Shown here piece by piece: positions 26,865 to 35,336 of a DNA stretch of 64,000 bases. Origin of the DNA: Polyangiales bacterium (GTDB lineage Bacteria; Myxococcota_A; Polyangia; Polyangiales; Polyangiaceae). The stretch lies in assembly GCA_038230375.1 (NCBI GenBank), contig JBBRNJ010000002.1:96001-160000 (forward strand). Reading direction: 5' to 3'. The translations under genes and the position numbers were made by a program. The notes beneath the pieces are model-generated. The model was not told where the DNA came from. It saw only the letters and a list, made by a program, of their open reading frames with translations, and made no database searches. How positions within the stretch are numbered: position 1 is the first letter of the stretch; every line of letters starts with the position of its first letter.

Positions 26865-27702
26865 CGCGCAGACCCTCCCCGAGCAGGTTGAAGCCGAGCA
26901 CGCTGGCCAGAATGGTGACCGCCGGCGCGAGGAGGATCCACGGCGCCGCCTGGTAGTAGTCCTGACCCTCGAACAGCATGTGGCCCCACGTGGGCGTGGG
27001 CGGCGAGATGCCCGCGCCCAGGTACGACAGCACGCTTTCGGCGATTATCATCTGCGCCACGGACATACTGCCCAGCACCAGGAGCAGCGGCGAGACATTG
27101 GGCACCACGTGCAGCCAGATCAGACGTGGCGTGCTCTGGCCCAGAGCGCGCGCCGCCTGCACGAAGTCCAGGCTCCTGATCCCGATGGTCTTCGCGCGCA
27201 CGATGCGCGCTGTGCCGAGCCACCCGGTGAGGCCGAGCGTGAACAGGATGGTGAGCGGCGTAGTGCGCTCGAACACCACGCCAAGCGTCATGACGAGCAG
27301 CAGGAAAGGGAAGGCGAGGATCACGTCCACGATGCGCATGAGCACGACGTCCACGACGGAGCCCTCGAAGAAGCCAGCGATCATGCCGACAAGCGCGCCA
27401 ACCGCCGTCGCGATCGCCGTGGCGCCAAGGCCGATCGCAAGCGACAAGCGTCCGCCGAGCGCGAGGCGTACGAGCTCGTCGCGGTAGATGCGGTCGGTGC
27501 CCAGCCAGTGCAGCGCGGAAGGGCCGAGCGGTGTCTGCTCCTTCGAGATCCCGAACGCGAAGTCCGAGGCGAATGGATCGTGCGACGACACGAGCGGGCC
27601 GGCCGCGGAGAACAGCACCAGCGCGAGCACCATCCCCATCCCCGCCTTCGTCTTGCCTTCGCGAAGGACGCGTCGCGAGAGCGAGTCAGCGTCCGCGCCC
27701 AT
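26842..27702 (-). CDS. ABC peptide/nickel-type transporter permease (DppC/OppC-like)
   Basis: HWLGTD, DFVQAARALG, HVVPN, ESVLSYLGAG, NLLGEGLRDA. Confidence 0.94.
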   Translation of the reverse strand: MGADADSLSRRVLREGKTKAGMGMVLALVLFSAAGPLVSSHDPFASDFAFGISKEQTPLGPSALHWLGTDRIYRDELVRLALGGRLSLAIGLGATAIATAVGALVGMIAGFFEGSVVDVVLMRIVDVILAFPFLLLVMTLGVVFERTTPLTILFTLGLTGWLGTARIVRAKTIGIRSLDFVQAARALGQSTPRLIWLHVVPNVSPLLLVLGSMSVAQMIIAESVLSYLGAGISPPTPTWGHMLFEGQDYYQAAPWILLAPAVTILASVLGFNLLGEGLRDAIEPKR

Positions 27703-27704
27703 GG

Positions 27705-28568
27705 CTACCGCTTCCTACCAAGGAAGGAGGTGACGGCCTGCGCGAGCTCGGCGGGCGCCTCCTCCGCCACGGCATGGCCGCAGTCGAGAACGGAGAGGCT
27801 CGCGCCAGCGATCTCTCGCGACAGCTTGCGCGCATGCGTGAGCGGGACACGTGTGTCGTTGCGCCCGCACACGATCAGCGTGGGCGCCACGATGCGCGGA
27901 AGCGCAGCGACCAGAGGGCGTGCGTCCAGCGTGCCGCGAAGCGTTGCGTGCGCGGCCTGGCGCGATGCAGGCGTGTTGAACGCGTCGTAGTAGCGGGACA
28001 TGGCGTCTTCGTGTGGCTCGCGCGAGCCCTTGTAGAGCGTGCGCGCGAGATGCATCGAGAAGAGGCGCTTGTTCACGACCTGCTTCATCACCAGGCTTCC
28101 GATGATCGGCAACGACATCACGCGCTCCATCGCGTTCTGCGCGTTCTCGTAGACCACCGGCGAGACCAGCACCAGCTTGTGGAGCAGATCCTTGTGCTCA
28201 CCACCGAACATCAGCGCGACGCTCGCGCCCATGCCCGCGCCGCACACGGAAACACGGCCCAGGCCGAGCGCCGAGACCAGATCCGCGACGACGCTCGCGA
28301 ACTCGTGGTGTCCATACGCATAGCGCACGGGATCGGGCTTCTCGCTCTCACCGAAGCCGGGAAAATCGGGGACGATCACGCGAAACTGTCTGGCGAGCAA
28401 ACCCCGGATTCCTTCGAACGATTCGCGCGTCTGCAGGAAGCCGTGGAGCAGGAACACCGGCGCGCCTTCGCCAGCCTCGGAGAACCGCACCCGCACCCCG
28501 CGCGCGGTCAGATCGCGCACCACGACGGCTTCCCTGGTTTTTACCGTGTGTTCGTCGCCTGACTGCAT
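27705..28568 (-). CDS. Alpha/beta fold hydrolase (nucleophile elbow appears degenerate, CGAGMG)
   Basis: LLHGF, PDFPGFGES, PTLIVCGRND, CGH...EE. Confidence 0.88.
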   Translation of the reverse strand: MQSGDEHTVKTREAVVVRDLTARGVRVRFSEAGEGAPVFLLHGFLQTRESFEGIRGLLARQFRVIVPDFPGFGESEKPDPVRYAYGHHEFASVVADLVSALGLGRVSVCGAGMGASVALMFGGEHKDLLHKLVLVSPVVYENAQNAMERVMSLPIIGSLVMKQVVNKRLFSMHLARTLYKGSREPHEDAMSRYYDAFNTPASRQAAHATLRGTLDARPLVAALPRIVAPTLIVCGRNDTRVPLTHARKLSREIAGASLSVLDCGHAVAEEAPAELAQAVTSFLGRKR

Positions 28569-28785
28569 CGTCCGGCACCGGTTTTATCACGTGTGCCATG
28601 GATGGGAGACTGTGTGATCTCTGCACACACTTACGGAACTAGACACACTCCATCCAATGGAAACTCTTGAAGCTTTCGAGGTTCAAAAACATGCTTTTGC
28701 TAGGACATATTATGTCAGGGCATGGACCTAAGTTGGCGTTTCGCATTCCATTATGGAAAGCCACAAAAAAACGTTCGAGAAAGCG

Positions 28786-28815
28786 TTGACCCCGTTTCTT
28801 TGACTCACGTATGGT
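28786..28815 (+). promoter_or_regulatory. Putative sigma70 promoter TTGACC-18bp-TATGGT
   Basis: In AT-rich intergenic region with an upstream A-tract, and palindromes GACATA-T-TATGTC (28704-28716) and TTCCAT-T-ATGGAA (28746-28758). Confidence 0.55.
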
Positions 28816-29193
28816 CGGCCTCGTTGATACTTCGCCGGCTTGTTTCTGCGAGGAAACATGACCAGGCCAACGTCGTAACCGTGGATGTGAGAACTGGGTT
28901 CCGGGTGAAGCTACCCAAAGACCCGAGCGGGGCGCTTGCTGTATGAGCGCACGTTCCCACGGGGGATTGTGAGGGGGATCGTACGCTGTACGAGACGGTC
29001 CCCTTTTGCGGTGGGCATACGGGCGCGGCGGTAACGCGTGCCTGTGTGCAGCACCAATCTCACGGCTGCCCGGAAAAACAATCATGTGTCGACGTGCGGG
29101 CGAGGCTGCTCCGTACGGATGGCATGGCGAAGGTGCGCCTGCGTGGCGCTGACCGAGAGGTCAGCGTGTGCGTGAGGCCTTGGGAGGACTGCA

Positions 29194-29934
29194 ATGGACA
29201 CGAAAGACGCGATGGACATGTCCGAGGTGGTGGGGACGGAGACCGAGGGAGCGCTCGCACGGGACACCGTGACGACGACCGAGGAGACTTCGGAGACCTC
29301 CGTCACGCGCGAGCAGCGCCGCTCGCGCCGCAAGCGCGACGTCCGCGCGCGCACCATCAGCGTGAAGCGCATGACGAAGCGTGAGCTCGAGATGGGTCGC
29401 CTCCTCTATCCGGAGTCGGACGTCGAGAAGCCCAAGTTCCGCGCCGAGTGCATCGGCGCCGAGCGCCCGTGCCCCTTCGTCTCCTGCAAGCACCACCTCT
29501 ATCTCGACGTGTCCGCCAAGACGGGCGCGATCAAGCTGAATTTCCCCGACCTCGAGGTCTGGGAGATGGTCGAGACCTGCGCGCTCGACGTCGCGGACCG
29601 CGGCGGCACGACGCTCGAAGAGGTCGGCGCGATCATGAACCTCACGCGCGAGCGCATCCGCCAGGTCGAAGTGAAGGGCCTTGCCAAGCTGCAGGCGCTC
29701 GACGACATGGAAGCCCTCCGCGACTACGTGGACGAGGGCCCCGTCGGCAAGCGTCGCCTCCCCATCCTCAAGGCCGAGGTCGAGAAGGACACCGACGAGG
29801 ACGAGGACGAGGATGACGACTTCGCCGCCGCTGACGCAGCGGAGGCCGCCAAGGCCGCGCCGATCCCGGAGACCGCCATCGCCGCCGACTTCGACGTGGA
29901 AGAGTTCGCCAGCGAAGCCCTCGACGCAGAATGA
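29194..29934 (+). CDS. Sigma70 region-4-like HTH DNA-binding protein with Cys/His motif and acidic tail
   Basis: [59 protein letters not shown]-rich C-terminus. Confidence 0.88.
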   Translation: MDTKDAMDMSEVVGTETEGALARDTVTTTEETSETSVTREQRRSRRKRDVRARTISVKRMTKRELEMGRLLYPESDVEKPKFRAECIGAERPCPFVSCKHHLYLDVSAKTGAIKLNFPDLEVWEMVETCALDVADRGGTTLEEVGAIMNLTRERIRQVEVKGLAKLQALDDMEALRDYVDEGPVGKRRLPILKAEVEKDTDEDEDEDDDFAAADAAEAAKAAPIPETAIAADFDVEEFASEALDAE

Positions 29935-30003
29935 CCGATCGGTCCTCGTCGGACCCCTGACCCGACGAGGCACCTCACCTGACTTCTTACTTCAATTAGA
30001 AAC

Positions 30004-30047
30004 CGCCCTCGGTGTGCCGCAGCCCACCCCGAGGGCGTTTTCCTTTT
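30004..30047 (+). terminator. Intrinsic terminator after sigma-4 gene
   Basis: CGCCCTCGG...CCGAGGGCG stem followed by TTTTCCTTTT; extra hairpin CCTCGTCGG/CCGACGAGG at 29944-29970. Confidence 0.75.
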
Positions 30048-30073
30048 GTCCGAGGTCGTTCGTGCCGGCTCCG

Positions 30074-30102
30074 TTGACGCGCGCGCGCGGGCTCGCTACT
30101 CC
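30074..30102 (+). promoter_or_regulatory. Putative sigma70 promoter of purH (probably leaderless)
   Basis: TTGACG-17bp-TACTCC, 7 nt before ATG 30110; no SD. Confidence 0.55.
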
Positions 30103-30109
30103 GGCGTCC

Positions 30110-31660
30110 ATGGCTTCCGTCGCGCTCCTCTCGGTCTCCGACAAACAGAACCTCCTTCCGTTCGCGAAGCGCCTCGTTGCGCTGGGCTACGAGCTCCTCT
30201 CGAGCGGCGGGACGGCAAAATCGCTCTCGGACGCCGGTGTCCCGGTCACCACGGTAGAGACCTATACGGGCTCGCCCGAGGTCATGGGCGGCCGCGTGAA
30301 GACGCTCCACCCGCGCGTCCACGGCGGCATCCTCGCACGCGCTGGAACTGATGAAGCGGATCTCGAGCGCATCGGCGCGAAGAAGATCGATCTCGTGATC
30401 GTGAACCTGTACCCGTTCGCAAAAACGCTTGCGAATCCTGCGTCTACGACCGAAGAGATCATCGAGAACATCGACATTGGCGGCCCGTCGATGGTGCGCT
30501 CCGCGGCGAAGAACCACGCGCGCGTGGGGGTCGTCTGCGATCCCGCGGACTACGAGCGCGTTGCCACGGCGCTCGAGAAAACAGGCTCTCTCGACGATGC
30601 CCTCCGCATCGAGCTCGCAGCGAAGGCCTTCGCCCACACGGCGGCGTACGACGCAGAGATCGCCGGATACATGAGCGGTGCGCGCACGGATAAAAGCGTG
30701 CAGTTTCCCCGCTTCTTGCAGCTGCCCTTCGAGCGCGCGTACACGCTTCGGTACGGCGAAAACCCTCATCAGCAGGGAGCGTTCTACACGGATGCGAACG
30801 CAAAGCCGGGCTCCATTGCCCGCGCCGAGAGCCTGGGCGCCGGCGGCAAGGAGCTATCGTTCAACAACCTGGTCGACGTGGACGCGGCCCTGGAGGCCGT
30901 GCGCGAGTTCGAAGAGCCCACCGCGGTGGTCGTGAAGCACACGAACCCGTGCGGCGTCGCCACGGCGAAGACCATCCGCGAGGCCTACGTGCGTGCGCGC
31001 GAGGCGGACTCGCTGTCGGCGTTCGGCGGCATCGTGGCGCTGAACCGCGAGGTGGACGAGGAGACCGCGCGCGCCCTGGCCGAGACCTTCCTGGAGTGCG
31101 TCATCGCCCCGGCGTTCAGCCCGGCCGCGGTGGAGGTGCTCCGCACGAAGAAGAACCTGCGCGTGCTGTCCGTGGGCTCGCTCCTGCCCCCCGACGAGGC
31201 CGCGTGGGTGGTCAAGCGTCTGTCCGGCGGCGTGGTCCTCCAGACGCGGGACGCCACGGCGCGCGGCGAGGTCAGGAACGGCAAGGTGCCCACGAAGCGC
31301 AAGCCCACGGAGGAGGAGCTCACCGCGCTCGAGCTCGCGTGGAAGGTGTGCAAGCACGTGAAGTCGAATGCGATCGTGCTCGCGCGCGGCGGCGAGACGG
31401 TGGGCGTGGGCGCAGGCCAGATGTCCCGCGTGATTTCCGTGCAGATTGCATGTGAAAAAGCAGGTGAGAGATCGAAGGGGAGCGTGCTGGCCTCCGACGC
31501 ATTTTTCCCGTTTGCGGATGGCCTCCAGGCCGCTGCAAAGGCGGGGATCACGGCCGTCGCGCAGCCGGGCGGCAGCGTGAAGGACGAGGACGTCATTCGC
31601 GCCGCGGACGAGGCGGGCCTCGCCATGGTGATGACCGGCGTGCGCCACTTCCGGCACTGA
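30110..31660 (+). CDS. purH: Bifunctional AICAR transformylase/IMP cyclohydrolase
   Basis: ALLSVSDK, GRVKTLHP, IDIGGPSMVRSAAKNH, LRYGENPHQ, KHTNPCG, ASDAFFPF, TGVRHFRH. Confidence 0.98.
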   Translation: MASVALLSVSDKQNLLPFAKRLVALGYELLSSGGTAKSLSDAGVPVTTVETYTGSPEVMGGRVKTLHPRVHGGILARAGTDEADLERIGAKKIDLVIVNLYPFAKTLANPASTTEEIIENIDIGGPSMVRSAAKNHARVGVVCDPADYERVATALEKTGSLDDALRIELAAKAFAHTAAYDAEIAGYMSGARTDKSVQFPRFLQLPFERAYTLRYGENPHQQGAFYTDANAKPGSIARAESLGAGGKELSFNNLVDVDAALEAVREFEEPTAVVVKHTNPCGVATAKTIREAYVRAREADSLSAFGGIVALNREVDEETARALAETFLECVIAPAFSPAAVEVLRTKKNLRVLSVGSLLPPDEAAWVVKRLSGGVVLQTRDATARGEVRNGKVPTKRKPTEEELTALELAWKVCKHVKSNAIVLARGGETVGVGAGQMSRVISVQIACEKAGERSKGSVLASDAFFPFADGLQAAAKAGITAVAQPGGSVKDEDVIRAADEAGLAMVMTGVRHFRH

Positions 31661-31677
31661 GCGAGGGAGACGTCGGG

Positions 31678-32202
31678 GTGGCAGACGATCCGTTCTTTCC
31701 GCAGCCGCGCGCGAAGGGCTCTTACCGGGAGCCTGCGCAGCGCGAGCTCGTGGTGACGGGGACGCAGTCCGCGGGCGATGAGGTGAAGGCCACGATCATG
31801 CGTCCGCTCCATCTGGAGGAGGTGCCGCCTTCCGTGAAGAAGGAGCCGCGCATGGGCCGCATTGCGGAGGAGGAGCAGCGATTCTGGGGCAGCCAGAGCC
31901 TTGTCGCGCGCTATCCGCGAACGTTCGCCGCGCTGCTGACGGTCATCGGCGCCGTGTCGACCTGGGACAGCGTGTGGACGCTCATGCATGGCGGGTTCTA
32001 TTCGAAGCGCGCGCTGCTTGGCCCGCCGATGCTCGCGGCAGGCATTTTTCCGCTCATCTTTGGCTTCCCGAGCGATCCGGACGAGGGCAACCCACGGTGG
32101 TGGAAGATTGGTTACGGCGTGACCTTCGGGGTCGGAGTACTCGGCGGCGCGATGCTCGTCTATTACCTGGCGAACGCGACGACGGGGTTCGGGGTTCGAT
32201 GA
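31678..32202 (+). CDS. Hypothetical membrane protein (about 3 TM)
   Basis: SD GGGAG before GTG; three hydrophobic segments in C-terminal half. Confidence 0.65.
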   Translation: MADDPFFPQPRAKGSYREPAQRELVVTGTQSAGDEVKATIMRPLHLEEVPPSVKKEPRMGRIAEEEQRFWGSQSLVARYPRTFAALLTVIGAVSTWDSVWTLMHGGFYSKRALLGPPMLAAGIFPLIFGFPSDPDEGNPRWWKIGYGVTFGVGVLGGAMLVYYLANATTGFGVR

Positions 32203-32486
32203 AATGGATCGCCGCCATCTGCGCGCTGCTCGGTGTCGTGGGGCTCGTGCTGCTCGCGTGCACCCCGTTGCCACCGCCGGATCCTGCGCGCTCGCGCCGG
32301 GACTGCTTCGTGGAATGGAACCCTGGCTGTCCGCGGGGAGCCGTCGACGAGCATCACGATCTCCTCGAATGCCGCTGGCCCGGCGAGCCACCGAGCGACG
32401 CCACGATCGACCTGCGCCCCGAGTGCAAGGTCGCGTCCTTCGAGGGCGGTCTGATGCTCTGGGACGGTGGGCTCTTCGGTAAGTAA
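32199..32486 (+). CDS. Small Cys-containing lipoprotein
   Basis: ATG overlapping upstream TGA; MKWIAAICALLGVVGLVLLAC lipobox; 4 further Cys. Confidence 0.6.
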   Translation: MKWIAAICALLGVVGLVLLACTPLPPPDPARSRRDCFVEWNPGCPRGAVDEHHDLLECRWPGEPPSDATIDLRPECKVASFEGGLMLWDGGLFGK

Positions 32487-32559
32487 TTTGGCCCACGAGA
32501 TCCGACTATGACATTCGTCGGTGGCGCGAGGGTTCCTTGTCCCTCGAGGAGAGCTACCA

Positions 32560-33858
32560 ATGTCCATGCACGAGAGCTGCACGGTTTGTGGATCCGCCTT
32601 CGAGGTCCAGTTCCGCTATCAGATGGAAGAACGAGACGGTGGGTTCTCGTTCTATTGCTCGCAGGCCTGCCATGAGCGCGCCGTGCGCGGCGACGCGCAG
32701 ACCGGCGTCACCTGTGATGCGTGCGGTAAGCGCTTCTCCGTAGAGCTTGTCTCGCAGATAGTTCGCGTGAAGACCGCCCGAAGATACGCCTGCGGCGAGT
32801 CGTGTCGCAGCCAGATCCTTGCTGAGGCCAGCGGCGCGCGCCTCTCGTCGTTCGCGACGCCTCCGCCGCCGCCTCCGGAAGAGCGCGAAAACAACGTGTT
32901 TCCGATCCAGGGCGAGACCGAGGTGCATGCGCCCGTGGCGGTCGCCGCGCCGGACGGCGAGCCCGCGATCGCGACTCCTGCGACCCGCGTGTCCGACGTG
33001 CGTGACCTCTCGCGCGAGCCGCGTGACGAGCGACCGGAGCCCGCGGTCAACGTGCGCGGCCCGCGGAAGCTCGCCGTGTTCAATCACAAGGGCGGCACAG
33101 GCAAGACCACCACGTCGGTCAGCATCGCGGCGGGGCTTGCGCAGAAGGGCGTGAAGGTCCTCCTGGTCGACACGGACTCGCAGGGCAACGTCGGCGTGTC
33201 ACTCAATGTGAAGGCAGAGAAGTCGCTCTACCACGTGCTCGTCATGGGCCTCTCGCCCACGCAGGCGGCGATCAACGTGCGTCCGAACCTGGACGTGCTC
33301 GTGTCCAACGAGACCCTCGCGGCGGCCGAGCTCTATCTTGCCGGTCGTCAGAATCGCGACCGCATCCTGCGCGAGCGTCTTGCCGGCGCTGCCGATGCCT
33401 ACGACGTCGTCGTCCTCGACTGCTCGCCCTCGCTCTCGCTCTTGAACCAGAACGCGCTCGTGTTCGCGGACGGGATCCTGGTCCCGGTGGCGTGCGACTT
33501 CCTGTCGCTCGTCGGCGTGCGACAGGTGATCAAGACAGTGAAGAACGTGAACCAGCACCTGCGCCATCCGGTGCAGATCTTCGGCGTGCTGCCGACCTTC
33601 TACGATGCGCGCGCGCGCATCTGTCGCGATGCGGTCGAAACGTTGAAGGAGCACTTCGGCGATCGCTGCCTCTCGCCGGTTCGCGCGGCGACCAAGGTGA
33701 AGGAAGCGCCCGCGCAGGGCAAGACGCTCTTCGAGTACGCGCCCGAGTCGAACGCGGCAGAGGACTACATGGCGGTGGTCGACCGCATCATCGCCGGCGG
33801 GCCCTCGGCCGTGGACACCGCAGCCGCGAGCGAGCCCGCGCGTCGCGCCGGCACCTGA
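32560..33858 (+). CDS. ParA/MinD-family ATPase with two N-terminal TRASH/zf-FCS-like metal-binding motifs
   Basis: SD GAGGAG; CTVC..YCSQAC and CDAC..ACGESC; deviant Walker A KGGTGKTT, DTDSQGN, DCSPSL, EAPAQGK. Confidence 0.9.
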   Translation: MSMHESCTVCGSAFEVQFRYQMEERDGGFSFYCSQACHERAVRGDAQTGVTCDACGKRFSVELVSQIVRVKTARRYACGESCRSQILAEASGARLSSFATPPPPPPEERENNVFPIQGETEVHAPVAVAAPDGEPAIATPATRVSDVRDLSREPRDERPEPAVNVRGPRKLAVFNHKGGTGKTTTSVSIAAGLAQKGVKVLLVDTDSQGNVGVSLNVKAEKSLYHVLVMGLSPTQAAINVRPNLDVLVSNETLAAAELYLAGRQNRDRILRERLAGAADAYDVVVLDCSPSLSLLNQNALVFADGILVPVACDFLSLVGVRQVIKTVKNVNQHLRHPVQIFGVLPTFYDARARICRDAVETLKEHFGDRCLSPVRAATKVKEAPAQGKTLFEYAPESNAAEDYMAVVDRIIAGGPSAVDTAAASEPARRAGT

Positions 33859-33892
33859 GTTTCAAAGATCTGGGATCACGAGGAGGATTGTC

Positions 33893-34189
33893 ATGGCACA
33901 GAGAGACGAAGGACTCGCCGGCGCGCGCGTTCTGGACCGAGAAGAAGTGGAGAGCGTGCTGAAGGGTGCATTCTACACGCCCGGTGCCGCGGCCCCGGTC
34001 GCGAAGGACGACGGGAAGCCGACGCACTACAAAGTGATCTGCATCTCGATGTACACGAAGGATCTCGAGAAGCTCGACGAGATGGTCGACGCCCTGAAGA
34101 AGAAGGGCCTCACCAAGGCGAACCGCAGCGCGCTCATCCGCGCAGCGCTAGACCAGGTCGATCTCGAGCGCGTGCCGAAGGGCATGTAA
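33893..34189 (+). CDS. Small ribbon-helix-helix-like DNA-binding protein
   Basis: SD GAGGAGG; YKVICISMY (strand) - DLEKLDEMVDALKKKG - NRSALIRAAL pattern. Confidence 0.75.
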   Translation: MAQRDEGLAGARVLDREEVESVLKGAFYTPGAAAPVAKDDGKPTHYKVICISMYTKDLEKLDEMVDALKKKGLTKANRSALIRAALDQVDLERVPKGM

Positions 34190-34190
34190 T

Positions 34191-35255
34191 TCAGATCTTC
34201 TCGAGATCGTCCCAGAACTGCGACAGCTCTTCGGGCATGGGCGCCTCCACCACGAGGCGCACACCCGTGCGCGGATGATTGAAGGCCAGCCGCGCAGCGT
34301 GGAGCGCGTGGCGCGGCAGCTCGAGGCGAGCGTGATCCTCCTCCGTGAGCTCACCATCGGCGCCGCGCGCGAATAGTTGCTCGTCCGGCCCATACAGCTT
34401 GTCGCCCACGATCGGCGCGCCCAGCGCCTGGAGGTGGATGCGGATCTGGTGCTGCCGCCCAGTCTCCAGATCGCACTGCATCTCTGCGTAGCGAAGGTCG
34501 CCGCGCGCGCGCACGTCCAGGATGCGGAAGCGCGTTGCCGCGTGCAGCGCGTTGGCATCGATGCCAAGGCGCATCTTCAGGCCAGTGCTGTGCGTGGGAT
34601 CGAGCTCGACGGATTGCTCGTAGCGAAACGCGTTCGGATCATCCTCGCTCCGCGCGAGGCCGATGGTCCTGGCGAACGTACCTTCGCCGGGAACACCCCA
34701 GGTGATCGCGCGGTAGCCTTTCTCCACGTCTGCGCGCTCTTCCAGCTGCTTCTTCATCCTGCGATCCGTCTCTGGATCCTTCGCAATGATGAGCGTTCCA
34801 CTGGTCTCGCGATCGATGCGATGCACCAGCGTGATGAACTGCCCCGGGCGCTCCGCCTCCATCACCTTGATGAGGGTGTTCTTGTAGTAGCGCGCGGTCG
34901 GATGCACCGGCAGCCCGGAGGGTTTGTCCACGACCATGAGAAATTCGTCCTCGTAGAGCACGGGCACGTCGGTGGGCACCGAGACCTCGTCCCAGGGCGG
35001 ACGCCAGAGACACACGAGCTGCTCCGCGAACACGCGGTCGTTCGGGCGCAGGGGCTTGCCGTCCTGACCGAACGCGCTCGTGCGGATGATGCCCTGCGCG
35101 CGCGTGCGGCTGGTGCGCCGGAACTGGCTCACCATGAACACGTCCAGGCGCATTCCCTCCGACTCCCTGGGCACACGGAACACGGAGAGGATGGAACCCT
35201 CTTCGGTGCCGTCGGGGCGGACGGCGTCTATGTGTCTCGCCCGGAGCCTTGTCAC
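34191..35255 (-). CDS. RluA/RluD-family RNA pseudouridine synthase
   Basis: S4-like RLDVF, VVDKPSGLPVHP, VHRIDRETSG, TGRQHQIRIH, PIVGDKLYG, LHAARL. Confidence 0.95.
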   Translation of the reverse strand: MTRLRARHIDAVRPDGTEEGSILSVFRVPRESEGMRLDVFMVSQFRRTSRTRAQGIIRTSAFGQDGKPLRPNDRVFAEQLVCLWRPPWDEVSVPTDVPVLYEDEFLMVVDKPSGLPVHPTARYYKNTLIKVMEAERPGQFITLVHRIDRETSGTLIIAKDPETDRRMKKQLEERADVEKGYRAITWGVPGEGTFARTIGLARSEDDPNAFRYEQSVELDPTHSTGLKMRLGIDANALHAATRFRILDVRARGDLRYAEMQCDLETGRQHQIRIHLQALGAPIVGDKLYGPDEQLFARGADGELTEEDHARLELPRHALHAARLAFNHPRTGVRLVVEAPMPEELSQFWDDLEKI

Positions 35256-35336
35256 CAGGGCCTAATACACCCGTTCCGCTGCGCTTCACGGACAAAACCC
35301 GCAGTCTCCGCGCGTGCCGTGGTAATGAGCCGCCCC

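Noticed and set aside
28639..29085. Small ORFs in the AT-rich intergenic region
   Set aside because: Atypical codon usage, no SD or motif; region better explained as promoter and structured leader, though a leader peptide cannot be excluded.
29935..30109. ZTP (pfl) riboswitch upstream of purH
   Set aside because: Conserved GACUGGCG/GCCUGGG elements not seen; the hairpin is better explained as the upstream gene's terminator and purH looks leaderless.
29681..30109. N-terminal extension of PurH
   Set aside because: Overlaps the sigma-4 gene and its terminator; PurH homology begins at ATG 30110.
34377..35336. N-terminal extension making an 802-aa GlgA fusion
   Set aside because: The extension is antisense to the RluA gene; GlgA homology starts at 35325/35337.
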